DNA of 64,000 nucleotides, taken from the NCBI GenBank assembly GCA_965221125.1, contig CBDCRW010000006.1, forward strand, positions 858,750-922,749, written 5' to 3'. The notes below the pieces were generated by a model that did no database searches, was not told where the DNA came from, and saw only the letters and a list, made by a program, of their open reading frames with translations. This DNA is from Alphaproteobacteria bacterium (lineage in GTDB: Bacteria > Pseudomonadota > Alphaproteobacteria > UBA828). Shown here piece by piece: positions 31,143 to 40,159 of the stretch (positions within the stretch are counted from its first letter, which is position 1; the number at the start of each line of letters is the position of its first letter). The translations under genes were made by a program, and so were the position numbers.

Positions 31143-32600
31143 ATGGGCTCGGTCAGGGATTTCCGGCCGGTTCTCTTCGTCGTCGGCATTCTGCTGATTA
31201 CCCTTTCGCTCGCGATGGCGCTGCCTGCCATCGCCGACGGGGTGGCGGCGAACCCGCACTGGCGGGTGTTTCTCGCGGCAAGCGTCTTCACGCTCTTCAT
31301 CGGCACCTGCCTCGTGCTCTCCAACCGGATGCGGGAGCCGAGGCTCACGGTGCGCCAGGCCTTCGTGCTCACCACGGTGAGCTGGATCGTCGTCGCCGCG
31401 TTCGCGGCCCTGCCGTTCGCATTCTCCGACCTCGAGCTCAGCTATACCGACGCCTACTTCGAGGCGATGTCGGGGCTCACGACGACCGGGTCCACGGTCA
31501 TCGTCGGGCTCGATCGGGCGCCGCCGGGAATCCTGCTCTGGCGCGCGCTGCTGCAGTGGCTGGGCGGCATCGGCATCATCGTCACGGCGATTGCGATCCT
31601 GCCGATGCTGAGAGTCGGCGGGATGCAGCTCTTCCACACCGAATCGTCGGACAGCTCCGAGAAGGTGCTGCCCCGCGCGGCCCAGCTCGCCGGCGCCATC
31701 GGCCTGGTCTACCTCGCGCTCACGCTCAGCAACGGGATCGCCTATTGGGCCGCAGGCATGACCCCCTTCGAGGCGGTGTGCCACGCGATGACGACCATCG
31801 CCACCGGCGGCTTCTCGACCTCGGACGATTCGTTTGGCCATTTCCGCAACGATGCGATCGAAGGGATCGCCACCGTCTATATGGTGCTGGGCTCGCTGCC
31901 TTTCGTGCTCTACCTGCAGACCGTGCGCGGCGGCTGGGGCGCGCTCGCGCGCGATACGCAGGTGCAATGGTTCTTTGGGCTGGTCCTGTTTTCCCTGCTC
32001 TCGCTCGCCGGCTGGCTGATGGTGGCCAACGACGCCGCGCCGACCGACGCGTTTCGCCAGGCGGCCTTCAACGGCATTTCGATTCTGACCGGCACCGGCT
32101 ATTCCACCGCCGATTTCTCGGCCTGGGGCAGCTTCGCGCTCCCGGTCTTCACGCTGCTCATGTTCATCGGCGGCTGCACCGGCGCCACCACCGGCGGCGT
32201 GAAGGTCTTCCGAATTCAGGTCCTCGCGTCGACCTCGCTCTCGCAGATCCGCCAGCTCATCCAGCCCCACGGCGTTTTCATCAGCAAGTTCAACCGGCGG
32301 CCGATCCCGGAAAGCGTGCCGCCGGCGGTGATGGGGTTCTTCTTCCTGTTCGTGGTGACCTTCGGTCTGGTCGCCATGGGGCTCGCGCTGATGGGCCTCG
32401 ACTACGTGACCAGCATCAGCGGCGCGGCCACGGCCATCGCCAACGTCGGCCCCGGCCTCGGCGAGACCATCGGCCCCTCCGGCACCTTCCAGCCCTTGCC
32501 GGAGCCGGCGAAGTGGCTGCTGTCGGCCGCGATGCTGCTCGGCCGGCTCGAACTCTTCACGGTGCTGGTGCTGTTCGTCCCCCGCTTCTGGCGGGACTGA
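31143..32600 (+). CDS. trkH: Trk potassium uptake membrane protein
   Basis: Four P-loop glycine motifs (SGLTTTG, TIATGGFS, TGTGY, NVGPG), LGRLE. Confidence 0.95.
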   Translation: MGSVRDFRPVLFVVGILLITLSLAMALPAIADGVAANPHWRVFLAASVFTLFIGTCLVLSNRMREPRLTVRQAFVLTTVSWIVVAAFAALPFAFSDLELSYTDAYFEAMSGLTTTGSTVIVGLDRAPPGILLWRALLQWLGGIGIIVTAIAILPMLRVGGMQLFHTESSDSSEKVLPRAAQLAGAIGLVYLALTLSNGIAYWAAGMTPFEAVCHAMTTIATGGFSTSDDSFGHFRNDAIEGIATVYMVLGSLPFVLYLQTVRGGWGALARDTQVQWFFGLVLFSLLSLAGWLMVANDAAPTDAFRQAAFNGISILTGTGYSTADFSAWGSFALPVFTLLMFIGGCTGATTGGVKVFRIQVLASTSLSQIRQLIQPHGVFISKFNRRPIPESVPPAVMGFFFLFVVTFGLVAMGLALMGLDYVTSISGAATAIANVGPGLGETIGPSGTFQPLPEPAKWLLSAAMLLGRLELFTVLVLFVPRFWRD

Positions 32601-32616
32601 GAGGGTCCGCGCTTGT

Positions 32617-33369
32617 TCAACCCTTCTCCGCCAGCATGCCGCCGTCCACCGGCAGCACGTGGCCGGTGACGAAGCTCGACTTGTCCGACAGCAGCCAGAC
32701 CACCGCGTCGGCGACCTCCTCGGGCCGGCCGATGCGCCCCATCGGCACCCGGCCCGACGCATTGGAGGGATCGTTGTCCCAGCCGCGCAGCAGAAGCGGC
32801 GTGAGGATCGGCCCCGGCGCCACTGCGTTCACCCGGATGCCGTCCTTCGCATAGTCGAGCGCGGCCGCCCTGGTCATGCCGGAGACCGCGTGCTTCGCGG
32901 TCATGTAGGGCGACCAGAGCGGATAGGCGGCGAGCCCCCACATGGAGCCCGCGTTGACGATCGAGCCGCCGCCCGATTCCAGCATCGCCGGGATTTCCGC
33001 CTGCATGCAGAGGTAGACGCCTTCGATCATGACGGCGAAGACGTGCTGCACGTCTTCCATGTCCTGCTCCGCCAGCAGGGCCTGGGGGCCTTCGATGCCG
33101 GCGTTGTTGTAGGCGAGGTCGAGCCGGCCGAAAGCGCTGAGGGCCTTGTCCACGAGAGCGTCGACCTGGTCCGCCTCGGCCACGTCGGTACGCAGGAACG
33201 CCGCCCTGCCGCCGCCGTCGCGGACCTCAGTAGCCACGGCCTCGCCGCCGGCCTCGTCGATGTCGGCCACCAGCACCGCCGCGCCCTCGGCGGCCAGCGC
33301 CCGCACGGTCGCCTGCCCGATGCCCGAGCCGCCGCCGGTCACGATCGCCACGCGGTCCGCTAGCGTCAT
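32617..33369 (-). CDS. short-chain dehydrogenase/reductase
   Basis: TGGGSGIG, NNAG, YMTAK (YxxxK), NAVAPG, VDGG. GGAGG SD before ATG 33369. Confidence 0.92.
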   Translation of the reverse strand: MTLADRVAIVTGGGSGIGQATVRALAAEGAAVLVADIDEAGGEAVATEVRDGGGRAAFLRTDVAEADQVDALVDKALSAFGRLDLAYNNAGIEGPQALLAEQDMEDVQHVFAVMIEGVYLCMQAEIPAMLESGGGSIVNAGSMWGLAAYPLWSPYMTAKHAVSGMTRAAALDYAKDGIRVNAVAPGPILTPLLLRGWDNDPSNASGRVPMGRIGRPEEVADAVVWLLSDKSSFVTGHVLPVDGGMLAEKG

Positions 33370-33398
33370 CGCCGCCTCCTCCCTGTCGGGGACTTGCC

Positions 33399-34388
33399 TC
33401 AGTCCGCCGGATCGATGACCCGGTCGGGCGGGTTGTGCCCGTCGGCAAAGGTCTGAATGTTGATCAGCACCTTCTCGCCCATGTCGCGGCGCCCCTCGAT
33501 GGTCGCGGAGCCGATGTGTGGGAGCGCCACCACGTTGTCGAGCGTGAGCAGCTTCGGCGTGACGACGGGCTCGTTCTCGTACACGTCGAGGCCTGCGCCT
33601 GCGATCCTGCCGGCCTCGAGCAGGCGCACGAGGGCCGCCTCGTCGATGGCGTGGCCACGCGAGGTGTTGATGACGTAGGCTTGCGGGCGCAGCAGGCCGA
33701 GCCGCCGGGCCGACAGCAGGTGATAGGTGGCCGGCGTGCTCGGGCAGTGGATCGAAACGAAGTCCATATGCGCCAGCATCTGATCCAGGCTTTGCCACCA
33801 CGTCGCCTCGAGCTCGGCTTCGGTCTCGTCGTCGAGGCGGTTCCGGTTGTGGTAGTGGATGGAGAGGCCGAAGCCCCGCGCCCTGCGCGCGACCGCCTGG
33901 CCGATTCGCCCCATGCCGATGATGCCGAGGCGCTTGCCCCAGATCCGGTGCCCCAGCATGGTGGTCGGCGCCCACCCCTGCCAGTCGCCGCCACGCAGCA
34001 GCCGCTCGCCTTCGGAGAGCCGGCGCGGCACCGCGAGGATCAGCGCCATCGTCATGTCCGCCGTGTCCTCGGTCAGCACGCCCGGCGTGTTGGTCACCAG
34101 GATTTCGCGCTTCCGGGCGGCGGCGAGGTCGATGTGATCGACGCCGGTGCCGAAGCTCGCGATCAGCTTCAGGTCCGGGCCGGCCTGGCCGATGAGGTCG
34201 CCGTCGATGGTGTCCGTCACCGTGGGCACGAGCACGTCGGCTTCCGCCACGGCCTGCGCCATGGCGGCGCGGTCCAGCGGCCGGTCATCCTCGTTGAGTC
34301 GGGTGTCGAAAAGCTCCATCATGCGCGCCTCGATCTCCCGCGGGAGACGCCGCGTCACGATCACCTTGAGCTTTCTGCCAGGCCTCAT
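33399..34388 (-). CDS. D-isomer-specific 2-hydroxyacid dehydrogenase (glyoxylate reductase / D-glycerate dehydrogenase-like)
   Basis: TNTPGVLTEDTAD, GMGRIG, INTSRG, GLDVYENEP, PHIGSAT. Confidence 0.93.
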   Translation of the reverse strand: MRPGRKLKVIVTRRLPREIEARMMELFDTRLNEDDRPLDRAAMAQAVAEADVLVPTVTDTIDGDLIGQAGPDLKLIASFGTGVDHIDLAAARKREILVTNTPGVLTEDTADMTMALILAVPRRLSEGERLLRGGDWQGWAPTTMLGHRIWGKRLGIIGMGRIGQAVARRARGFGLSIHYHNRNRLDDETEAELEATWWQSLDQMLAHMDFVSIHCPSTPATYHLLSARRLGLLRPQAYVINTSRGHAIDEAALVRLLEAGRIAGAGLDVYENEPVVTPKLLTLDNVVALPHIGSATIEGRRDMGEKVLINIQTFADGHNPPDRVIDPAD

Positions 34389-34528
34389 CGACCCTCCGCG
34401 CGCGGCTCGGCGGGCTCGATCCGACCGCAACCGGCAGCCTGTTTAGCAAACGCCCCTTGGCGACTCAATCTACCGCGCGAGACCGAATGCCCGTCCTGAC
34501 CGCCCGTCGCTATCGCCAGCGCGTGGAT

Positions 34529-35059
34529 ATGACGCCCAGGCATGGCCGCCGCATGGCCTCGCGCGTCTTCGCCGCCGCCCGGGGGGCCGCCCTGGCGGCG
34601 GCGCTGGCAACCCTTCTCGGCGCGGTCGCCGCAGTCGCGGGACCCGAGGCGCGCGCCCAGGACGGCGAGCGCTTCGTCTCGCTCAAGGCGGAGCGCGCCA
34701 ACCTCAGGGTCGGCCCCGGCCGGCGCTATCCCATCGAATGGGTCTACACGCGCCCCGGCCTGCCGCTGCTGGTGATCGCGAATTTCGACCAGTGGCGCTG
34801 GGTGCGCGATCACGAGGGCACGAAGGGCTGGATGCACAAGTCGCTGCTATCCACGCACCGCACCGTCCTGGTCATGGAGGGCGTGCAGACCGTCCACGAG
34901 AGACCGCTGTCGGGCTCGCCGGCGGTGCTGCGGGCCGAGGCCGGCGTCATCGCCAATCTGCTGGGCTGCGAGGAGGGCTGGTGCCGGATCGCACTGGCCG
35001 GCGAAGAGGGATGGGTGCGCGAGACCGCCCTCTGGGGCGTCAAGCCTCTGCCGCCCTGA
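34529..35059 (+). CDS. exported tandem bacterial SH3-domain protein
   Basis: RFVSLK..NLRVGPG..YPIEW, GWMHKSLLS, WCRI..GWV..LWG. Divergent from the hydroxyacid dehydrogenase, as often seen in Alphaproteobacteria. Start uncertain. Confidence 0.85.
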   Translation: MTPRHGRRMASRVFAAARGAALAAALATLLGAVAAVAGPEARAQDGERFVSLKAERANLRVGPGRRYPIEWVYTRPGLPLLVIANFDQWRWVRDHEGTKGWMHKSLLSTHRTVLVMEGVQTVHERPLSGSPAVLRAEAGVIANLLGCEEGWCRIALAGEEGWVRETALWGVKPLPP

Positions 35060-35084
35060 TCGCACGGAGCGGAGAGCGCGCCCC

Positions 35085-35696
35085 TCAGGCCGAACCCTCG
35101 TCCAGATCCTCGGCCAGGGCGGCGCGGGTTTCTTCGGGCATGATGGCGAGGTGGCCGTATGCCGGATGATCGATTCCCAACAGGACTCGCGTGCCCGGCG
35201 TGCGGAACGCCGCGGCCTCCGCCGGCGCCACGGGGAAACGCAGGAAATGGATTGAGGACGTCTTGCCGTCCTCTGTCGTGCGCGCGACCTCGTCCTCGAT
35301 GGGCTCTGCGGCGACGGCGGTACCGCCGACCTCCAGCCTGATGGCCTCCTCGATCCCCGCCAGGCGATAGAGCTCCCGCTCCCGCCGCGCGGGGTCGTCG
35401 ATCTCCAGCATGAGCGTCGCGATCAGCGCGTCGCCCGGCGGGATCAGCGGGTTGTAGGCCTCCAGCTCGCCCGCGATCTGCTCCTCGCCGCCCTGCTCGA
35501 TGTGGAGCATTTCGTGCACCTGCATCCACATGGTCTCGAAGCACTCGAAGTGAAAGGTGGCGAAGGGGCCGACGGCGAGCCGGCGGTGGCGCTTCAGCGC
35601 CGTGATGGCGGCGCGACGCTCCTTTCGGACCTTGGCATAGTCCGCCATGTCCATGATGTCGGCGCGGGTGAGCGCCCGGCGCGGCTGAATCGTCAT
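35085..35696 (-). CDS. DUF3501 family protein
   Basis: RRLAVGPFATFHFE, QVHEML, ELEAYNPLIP, SSIHFLRF, DHPAY. Sits directly after the Fe-S oxidoreductase. Confidence 0.88.
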   Translation of the reverse strand: MTIQPRRALTRADIMDMADYAKVRKERRAAITALKRHRRLAVGPFATFHFECFETMWMQVHEMLHIEQGGEEQIAGELEAYNPLIPPGDALIATLMLEIDDPARRERELYRLAGIEEAIRLEVGGTAVAAEPIEDEVARTTEDGKTSSIHFLRFPVAPAEAAAFRTPGTRVLLGIDHPAYGHLAIMPEETRAALAEDLDEGSA

Positions 35697-35697
35697 C

Positions 35698-37056
35698 TCA
35701 GACGAGGCCGTAGGCGCGGGCCAGCAGCTCGATCGGGTGATGGGCGCGGCCGGCGGCGGGAAGGCCCGAAGTGACATCGCCCTCCTTGGCCGCCTGGCGG
35801 CCGATCCCGTTCACGATGTGAGCGCCGGCAAGCGGGCATTCCGAGGCGAGGTAGGTGTTGGCCGCCTCGCGCGCGCGGCGCGCGGTGGTCCGCCCCACCT
35901 TCAGCGCAGTCTCGTGGAAGCCCTTGGTGACGCCGATGGAGCCGCCGTGGCCGGAGCAGCGCTCGATGATGGAGACCTCGGTCTCCGGCACGAGCGCCAG
36001 CATGTCGGCGGACTTGCGCCCGACGTTCTGGGCCCGCTCGTGGCACGGCAGGTGCAGCGTGACGGCGCCATCGAGCGGGGCGAGCCCCGGCGCCAGCCCC
36101 TCGGCGCGCGAAATGCCGACGACATACTCGCAGATGTCGTGGCTGTGCGCGGCGAGCCGCTCGACCGCCGCATCGTCCGGCAGGATCAGCGGCCACTCGA
36201 GCTTGAGCATGAGGGCGCAGCTCGCCACCAGCGCCACGACGTCGTAGCCCCGGTCGATCCATTCGCCGAGCGCCGCCGCCGTGTGCCGCGCACTCTCCGC
36301 AACGCGCTCGATGTCCCCCTCTTCGAGCTGCGGCATGCCGCAGCAGCGGGGATAGACGACGGCGGTCTCGACCCCGTTGTGCGCCAGCACCCTGCGGGCC
36401 GCCACGCCGACCTCGGGCTGGTTGTAGTTGGCGAAGCAGGTCGCATAGAGAACCGCCTTGCGTCCGGCCGCAGGCGCCTGCCGGTTGACCGCCGGCGCCC
36501 CCTTGGCCGCGCGGTCGAGCAGGGTGCGGCGGTGGTAGCGCGGCAGCGGCGCCTCCTTGTGAACGCCGGCGACGGCCTGCATCAGCGGCCGGGTGAGCCT
36601 GTTGCCCTGGGAGGAGCCCCAGTTCATCACCGGCGCGAGGGTGCGGGCGATACGGCCGTTCCTGTCCGTCTCGGCGAGCCGTCTGGATGCGGTGGTGTGG
36701 CGCCGGCCTGCGCGGCGGTCGGCAGCGCGGTGGCGCAGCATGAGATGGGGAAAGTCGACGTCCCACTCGTGCGGCGGCGTGTAGGGGCACATGGTCATGA
36801 AGCACATGTCGCAGAGCGTGCAGGCGTCCACGACCGACTTGAAGCCCGAGGACTCGACCGAATCCAGCTCGCCCGTTTCGGATTCGTCAATCAGATCGAA
36901 CAGGCGCGGAAACGAATCGCAGAGGCTGAAGCACCGCCGGCAGCCATGGCAGATGTCGAAGACGCGGCGCGTCTCCTTCTCCAGCGCCGCGCCGTCGTAG
37001 AAATCGGGATTTCGCCAGTCTATGGGATGGCGGAAGGGCGCGCCCTCGTCGGCCAT
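35698..37056 (-). CDS. GlpC/HdrD-like Fe-S oxidoreductase (rubrerythrin-associated type)
   Basis: CHGCRRCFSLC and CTLCDMC..C ferredoxin motifs, CCGMP and CSGHGG CCG domains. Confidence 0.9.
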   Translation of the reverse strand: MADEGAPFRHPIDWRNPDFYDGAALEKETRRVFDICHGCRRCFSLCDSFPRLFDLIDESETGELDSVESSGFKSVVDACTLCDMCFMTMCPYTPPHEWDVDFPHLMLRHRAADRRAGRRHTTASRRLAETDRNGRIARTLAPVMNWGSSQGNRLTRPLMQAVAGVHKEAPLPRYHRRTLLDRAAKGAPAVNRQAPAAGRKAVLYATCFANYNQPEVGVAARRVLAHNGVETAVVYPRCCGMPQLEEGDIERVAESARHTAAALGEWIDRGYDVVALVASCALMLKLEWPLILPDDAAVERLAAHSHDICEYVVGISRAEGLAPGLAPLDGAVTLHLPCHERAQNVGRKSADMLALVPETEVSIIERCSGHGGSIGVTKGFHETALKVGRTTARRAREAANTYLASECPLAGAHIVNGIGRQAAKEGDVTSGLPAAGRAHHPIELLARAYGLV

Positions 37057-37069
37057 CGAGACGGCTGTG

Positions 37070-37285
37070 CTACCGGCACGAGCCGCAGAGCCGGTTACCC
37101 GGCCCCGCGCTGTCGAATTGGCGGCCGCAGCGCAGGCAACGCCGCTGGCTCTCTTGCGCCTCCAGGCGATCGAGCTCCGCGAGTTCGTCGGAGAGGGAAA
37201 TCATCCCCGGTCCGCGATCCACATTCCTGGCGGCTTCACGCCGCGCATCCCATTTGGTCCGTCGTTGAGGCGCGAGCGACATCAT
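37070..37285 (-). CDS. small hypothetical protein with C-terminal Cys4 zinc-ribbon-like motif
   Basis: RRCLRCGRQFDSAGPGNRLCGSCR (CxxC..CxxC). Stop lies 13 bp before the oxidoreductase start, with a promoter-like region upstream. Confidence 0.65.
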   Translation of the reverse strand: MMSLAPQRRTKWDARREAARNVDRGPGMISLSDELAELDRLEAQESQRRCLRCGRQFDSAGPGNRLCGSCR

Positions 37286-37335
37286 TTTGGCGCGTGTTCC
37301 CTGGCGAAGTTGTCTGGTGGGCGTCCGGTAGGACC

Positions 37336-37364
37336 ATTGTACCCAAACATGGCGTCTGATCTAA
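37336..37364 (-). promoter_or_regulatory. putative sigma70-type promoter for the Cys4 ORF/oxidoreductase/DUF3501 unit
   Basis: Minus strand TTAGAT-N17-TACAAT in AT-rich intergenic DNA. Confidence 0.45.
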
Positions 37365-37417
37365 GCCAAATCTTCATATCGGCAGCCAAAATTGAGCGAT
37401 TTACGGGCCGTCGAGGG

Positions 37418-38497
37418 CTATTCGGCGGCCTCGGTGCTGCCTGCGGGCGCGCGGAAGGCCGGAATCACGGCCTCGGCGAAAAGCCGCAGGCTTTTCAGCA
37501 GGTTCGCCTCGCCGTAGTAGGGTGGGTAGTGGAGCAGCAGGGAGTCGAGGCCCGTGGCGGCGCGCAACGCCCGGATGCGGGCGATCACGGTGTCGGGCGA
37601 GCCGTGGATCAGGGTGGTATCGAGCAGCGTGTCGTAGTCGATCGCGGCGGCCCCTTCCTTCTCCGAGACCTTGCCGAGATAGCCCGCCGTCTTCTTGCCG
37701 AGGAAGGCTTCGAGGTGGCGGATGATGCCGGGCGCGCTCTCCTCCTTCGCCGCCTCGTCGGTCTCGGCCACGTAGACCCAGCGGGCGATGTTGACGGAGC
37801 CGAAGGCGGGATTGGCGTTCCACGGCGCCGGCGCGTGCTGCATGGCCTCGCGGTAGAGCGCGATCTGCCCGGCGAGGGTATCGAACGAGGGCAGCGTCGA
37901 CAGCATCAGGCCGAACCCGTGGCGCGCCGCCACTTCGATGGAGCGGGTGGTGCCCGCCGCCATGTAGAAGGGGGGGTGCGGCTCCTGCAGGCTCACCGGA
38001 TAGATCTCGTAATCGCCCTCGACCCGGTGCCGGAAGTGGGTGCCCTCGTGGCTGACCTTCCGCTTGTGGAAGGCATCGAGGATCAGCGGAAAGGCCTCTT
38101 CCTGGATATCGTGGCGGGCGTCGAAGGGAATCCCGAAGCCTTCGTACTCGTAGGGCCGGTAGCCGGAGCCGAGGCCGAGGCTGAGCCGCCCGTTGCTCAG
38201 GATGTCGACGAAGGCCGCGTTCTCGACGATCCGCATCGGGTTGTGGAGCGGCAGCGTCATCACCGCCGTGCCGAGCCCGATGCGGCTGGTCATGGGCGCC
38301 AGGTACGCCAGATAGACGAAGGGGTCCGGCAGCACGCCGTACTGATTGGAAAAGTGGTGCTCGGCGATCCAGGCCGTGTCGTAGCCGAGCCGGTCCGCCT
38401 CCACGATCTCGCGGGTGACCCGCGCGTGCACGGCGCGGTGCGGATAAGCCTCCACGTCGAGATTGGGCTGCGAAGTCACCAGAACGCCAAACTGCAT
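37418..38497 (-). CDS. LLM-class flavin-dependent oxidoreductase
   Basis: WIAEHHF, IGLGTAV..LPLHNP, DILSNGRLSLGLGSGYR, LRLFAEAVIP. Confidence 0.9.
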   Translation of the reverse strand: MQFGVLVTSQPNLDVEAYPHRAVHARVTREIVEADRLGYDTAWIAEHHFSNQYGVLPDPFVYLAYLAPMTSRIGLGTAVMTLPLHNPMRIVENAAFVDILSNGRLSLGLGSGYRPYEYEGFGIPFDARHDIQEEAFPLILDAFHKRKVSHEGTHFRHRVEGDYEIYPVSLQEPHPPFYMAAGTTRSIEVAARHGFGLMLSTLPSFDTLAGQIALYREAMQHAPAPWNANPAFGSVNIARWVYVAETDEAAKEESAPGIIRHLEAFLGKKTAGYLGKVSEKEGAAAIDYDTLLDTTLIHGSPDTVIARIRALRAATGLDSLLLHYPPYYGEANLLKSLRLFAEAVIPAFRAPAGSTEAAE

Positions 38498-38651
38498 CGT
38501 ATCCCCCGCCGGTTGCCTGCCCCGCTCGCGCGCGTTGGCGCCAGGGTGGCGGCTGGTTGTCCCGATAAATCTACCACGCGCCGTCCACGCCAGCGCTGCG
38601 CGGACGCGCTCCCGCCCGCCGCGGGCGGCGCAAATTCGTCTCCATCACGGA

Positions 38652-39293
38652 TTATTCGGCCGCGCCCTCGACCGGTGTTTCGACCCGCGCCCGCAGGTCG
38701 CCCAGCAGGCCGTCGATCCCCTTGCGGTTGACGACCGAGGCGAACTCCACCCGGTGCGTGTGCAGCATGCTGATCCCTTCGACGCTCACGTCGATGACCT
38801 TGTAGCCCTCGTCCCGCATCCGCACGCGGAAGTCCACGCCGATCGGGTCGCCGCCGGATGGCCGCACGATCTGGGCGCGCACGATCTTGTCGCCGCTCTC
38901 GTCGTCGATCACCGAGCGCGCCGTGAACAGCTCGCCGCCGTATGAATCGAAGCGGCTCGCGTACACGCGAACGATGAAGTCGACGAAGACCGCCATGTAC
39001 TCCCGGCGCTGCTCCTTGGTCGCGGTCCTCCAGTGCCGGCCGAGCACGAAGCGGCCGACGATCGGGATATCGAAGCCCCTCACCATGACTTCGCGGAACG
39101 CGGCCTCGCGCACCTCGAAGGGGCTGTCGAGGTTGTCGCGGAGGGAGGCGACGGCCTGATCGCCAAGACTCTGGATGAACGTCAGCGCCGGGTCCTTGTC
39201 CGAGTCCGCGCGCAGCCCGCCGGCCGCGGACAGCAGGACAGCCAGTCCGATGGCAGCGGCCGCAAGGACGCGTCTGGAGATGAGAATGCTCAT
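38652..39293 (-). CDS. mlaC: MlaC/Ttg2D phospholipid-binding periplasmic protein
   Basis: Signal peptide, FDIPIVGRFVLGRHW, KVIDVSVEGISM, downstream of mlaA. Confidence 0.88.
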   Translation of the reverse strand: MSILISRRVLAAAAIGLAVLLSAAGGLRADSDKDPALTFIQSLGDQAVASLRDNLDSPFEVREAAFREVMVRGFDIPIVGRFVLGRHWRTATKEQRREYMAVFVDFIVRVYASRFDSYGGELFTARSVIDDESGDKIVRAQIVRPSGGDPIGVDFRVRMRDEGYKVIDVSVEGISMLHTHRVEFASVVNRKGIDGLLGDLRARVETPVEGAAE

Positions 39294-39335
39294 GGGACCT
39301 CCGCTCTGCCTCGTCAGCGGGCACCGTGCAGCGGG

Positions 39336-40151
39336 CTATTCCTCCAACCACTCATCATCGAAGTCGTCGTCGAAGTCGAAGTCAGGAATCTCCATGACAG
39401 TCGGAGGCGCGCCGTCGCTGATCTCCGTCGCTCGATACTGCCGATAGAGCTCGCGCAATGCAGCATAAAAGTCGACCGAGGTCCTTTCCACCGTTTCCAA
39501 CTCGTCCAGATAGGCCGCGCGCTGCGAGACTCCGCTGGTGATGCTGCGGGCAAGGCCGGCTTCGTCGATCAGGACGTAGCTCATGGGGTCGGCGAACATG
39601 TCGACGCCGAAGCCCACCGCGTCGCGGGGATTGCTCGGGCCCAGCACCGGCAGCATGAGGAACGGGCTGTCGCCGATGCCCCACACTGCGAGGGTTTGCC
39701 CGAAGTCCTCGTAGGCACGCGGGTAGCCCCAGTCCGTGGCCACGTCGAAGATTCCCCCCACGCCGATGGTGGAGTTGACCGCGAAACGCGTGAGCGTCGA
39801 GCCCGCGCGCTCGAACTTGCCCTGGGCGAGGTTGTTCACGAGGTTGAGCGGCTCGCCGAGGTTCCGCAGGACGCTCGTGATGCGCCGCCGTATCTCCTCC
39901 GGCAGCAGGAACACGTAAATCTCGGCCGCCGGCTTCAGGATGACGCTGTCGACGATCTGGTTGAATTCGAATACCGCGCGGTTGACGTCCTCCAGCGGGT
40001 CGTCGGCACCGTACGGGTCCTGAGCCCGCCCGTCGGTGGCGAAACCCAGCAGCGCGGCGGCGAGCGCCACAAGCGCCAGATGGCGTCGCAGGGCGGCCAG
40101 GAAGCCGATATCTCGAGGCAGAGCACGCCGTCGCGGAAGGCTCTCGCTCAT
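39336..40151 (-). CDS. mlaA: MlaA/VacJ family protein
   Basis: DPLEDVNRAVFEFN, RFAVNSTIGVGGIFDVA, EDFGQTLAVWG, LPVLGPSNPRD. Confidence 0.93.
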   Translation of the reverse strand: MSESLPRRRALPRDIGFLAALRRHLALVALAAALLGFATDGRAQDPYGADDPLEDVNRAVFEFNQIVDSVILKPAAEIYVFLLPEEIRRRITSVLRNLGEPLNLVNNLAQGKFERAGSTLTRFAVNSTIGVGGIFDVATDWGYPRAYEDFGQTLAVWGIGDSPFLMLPVLGPSNPRDAVGFGVDMFADPMSYVLIDEAGLARSITSGVSQRAAYLDELETVERTSVDFYAALRELYRQYRATEISDGAPPTVMEIPDFDFDDDFDDEWLEE

Positions 40152-40159
40152 ACCGAAGG

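Noticed and set aside
31143-32600. trkH without trkA
   Set aside because: The two genes are often unlinked, so this is uninformative within one window
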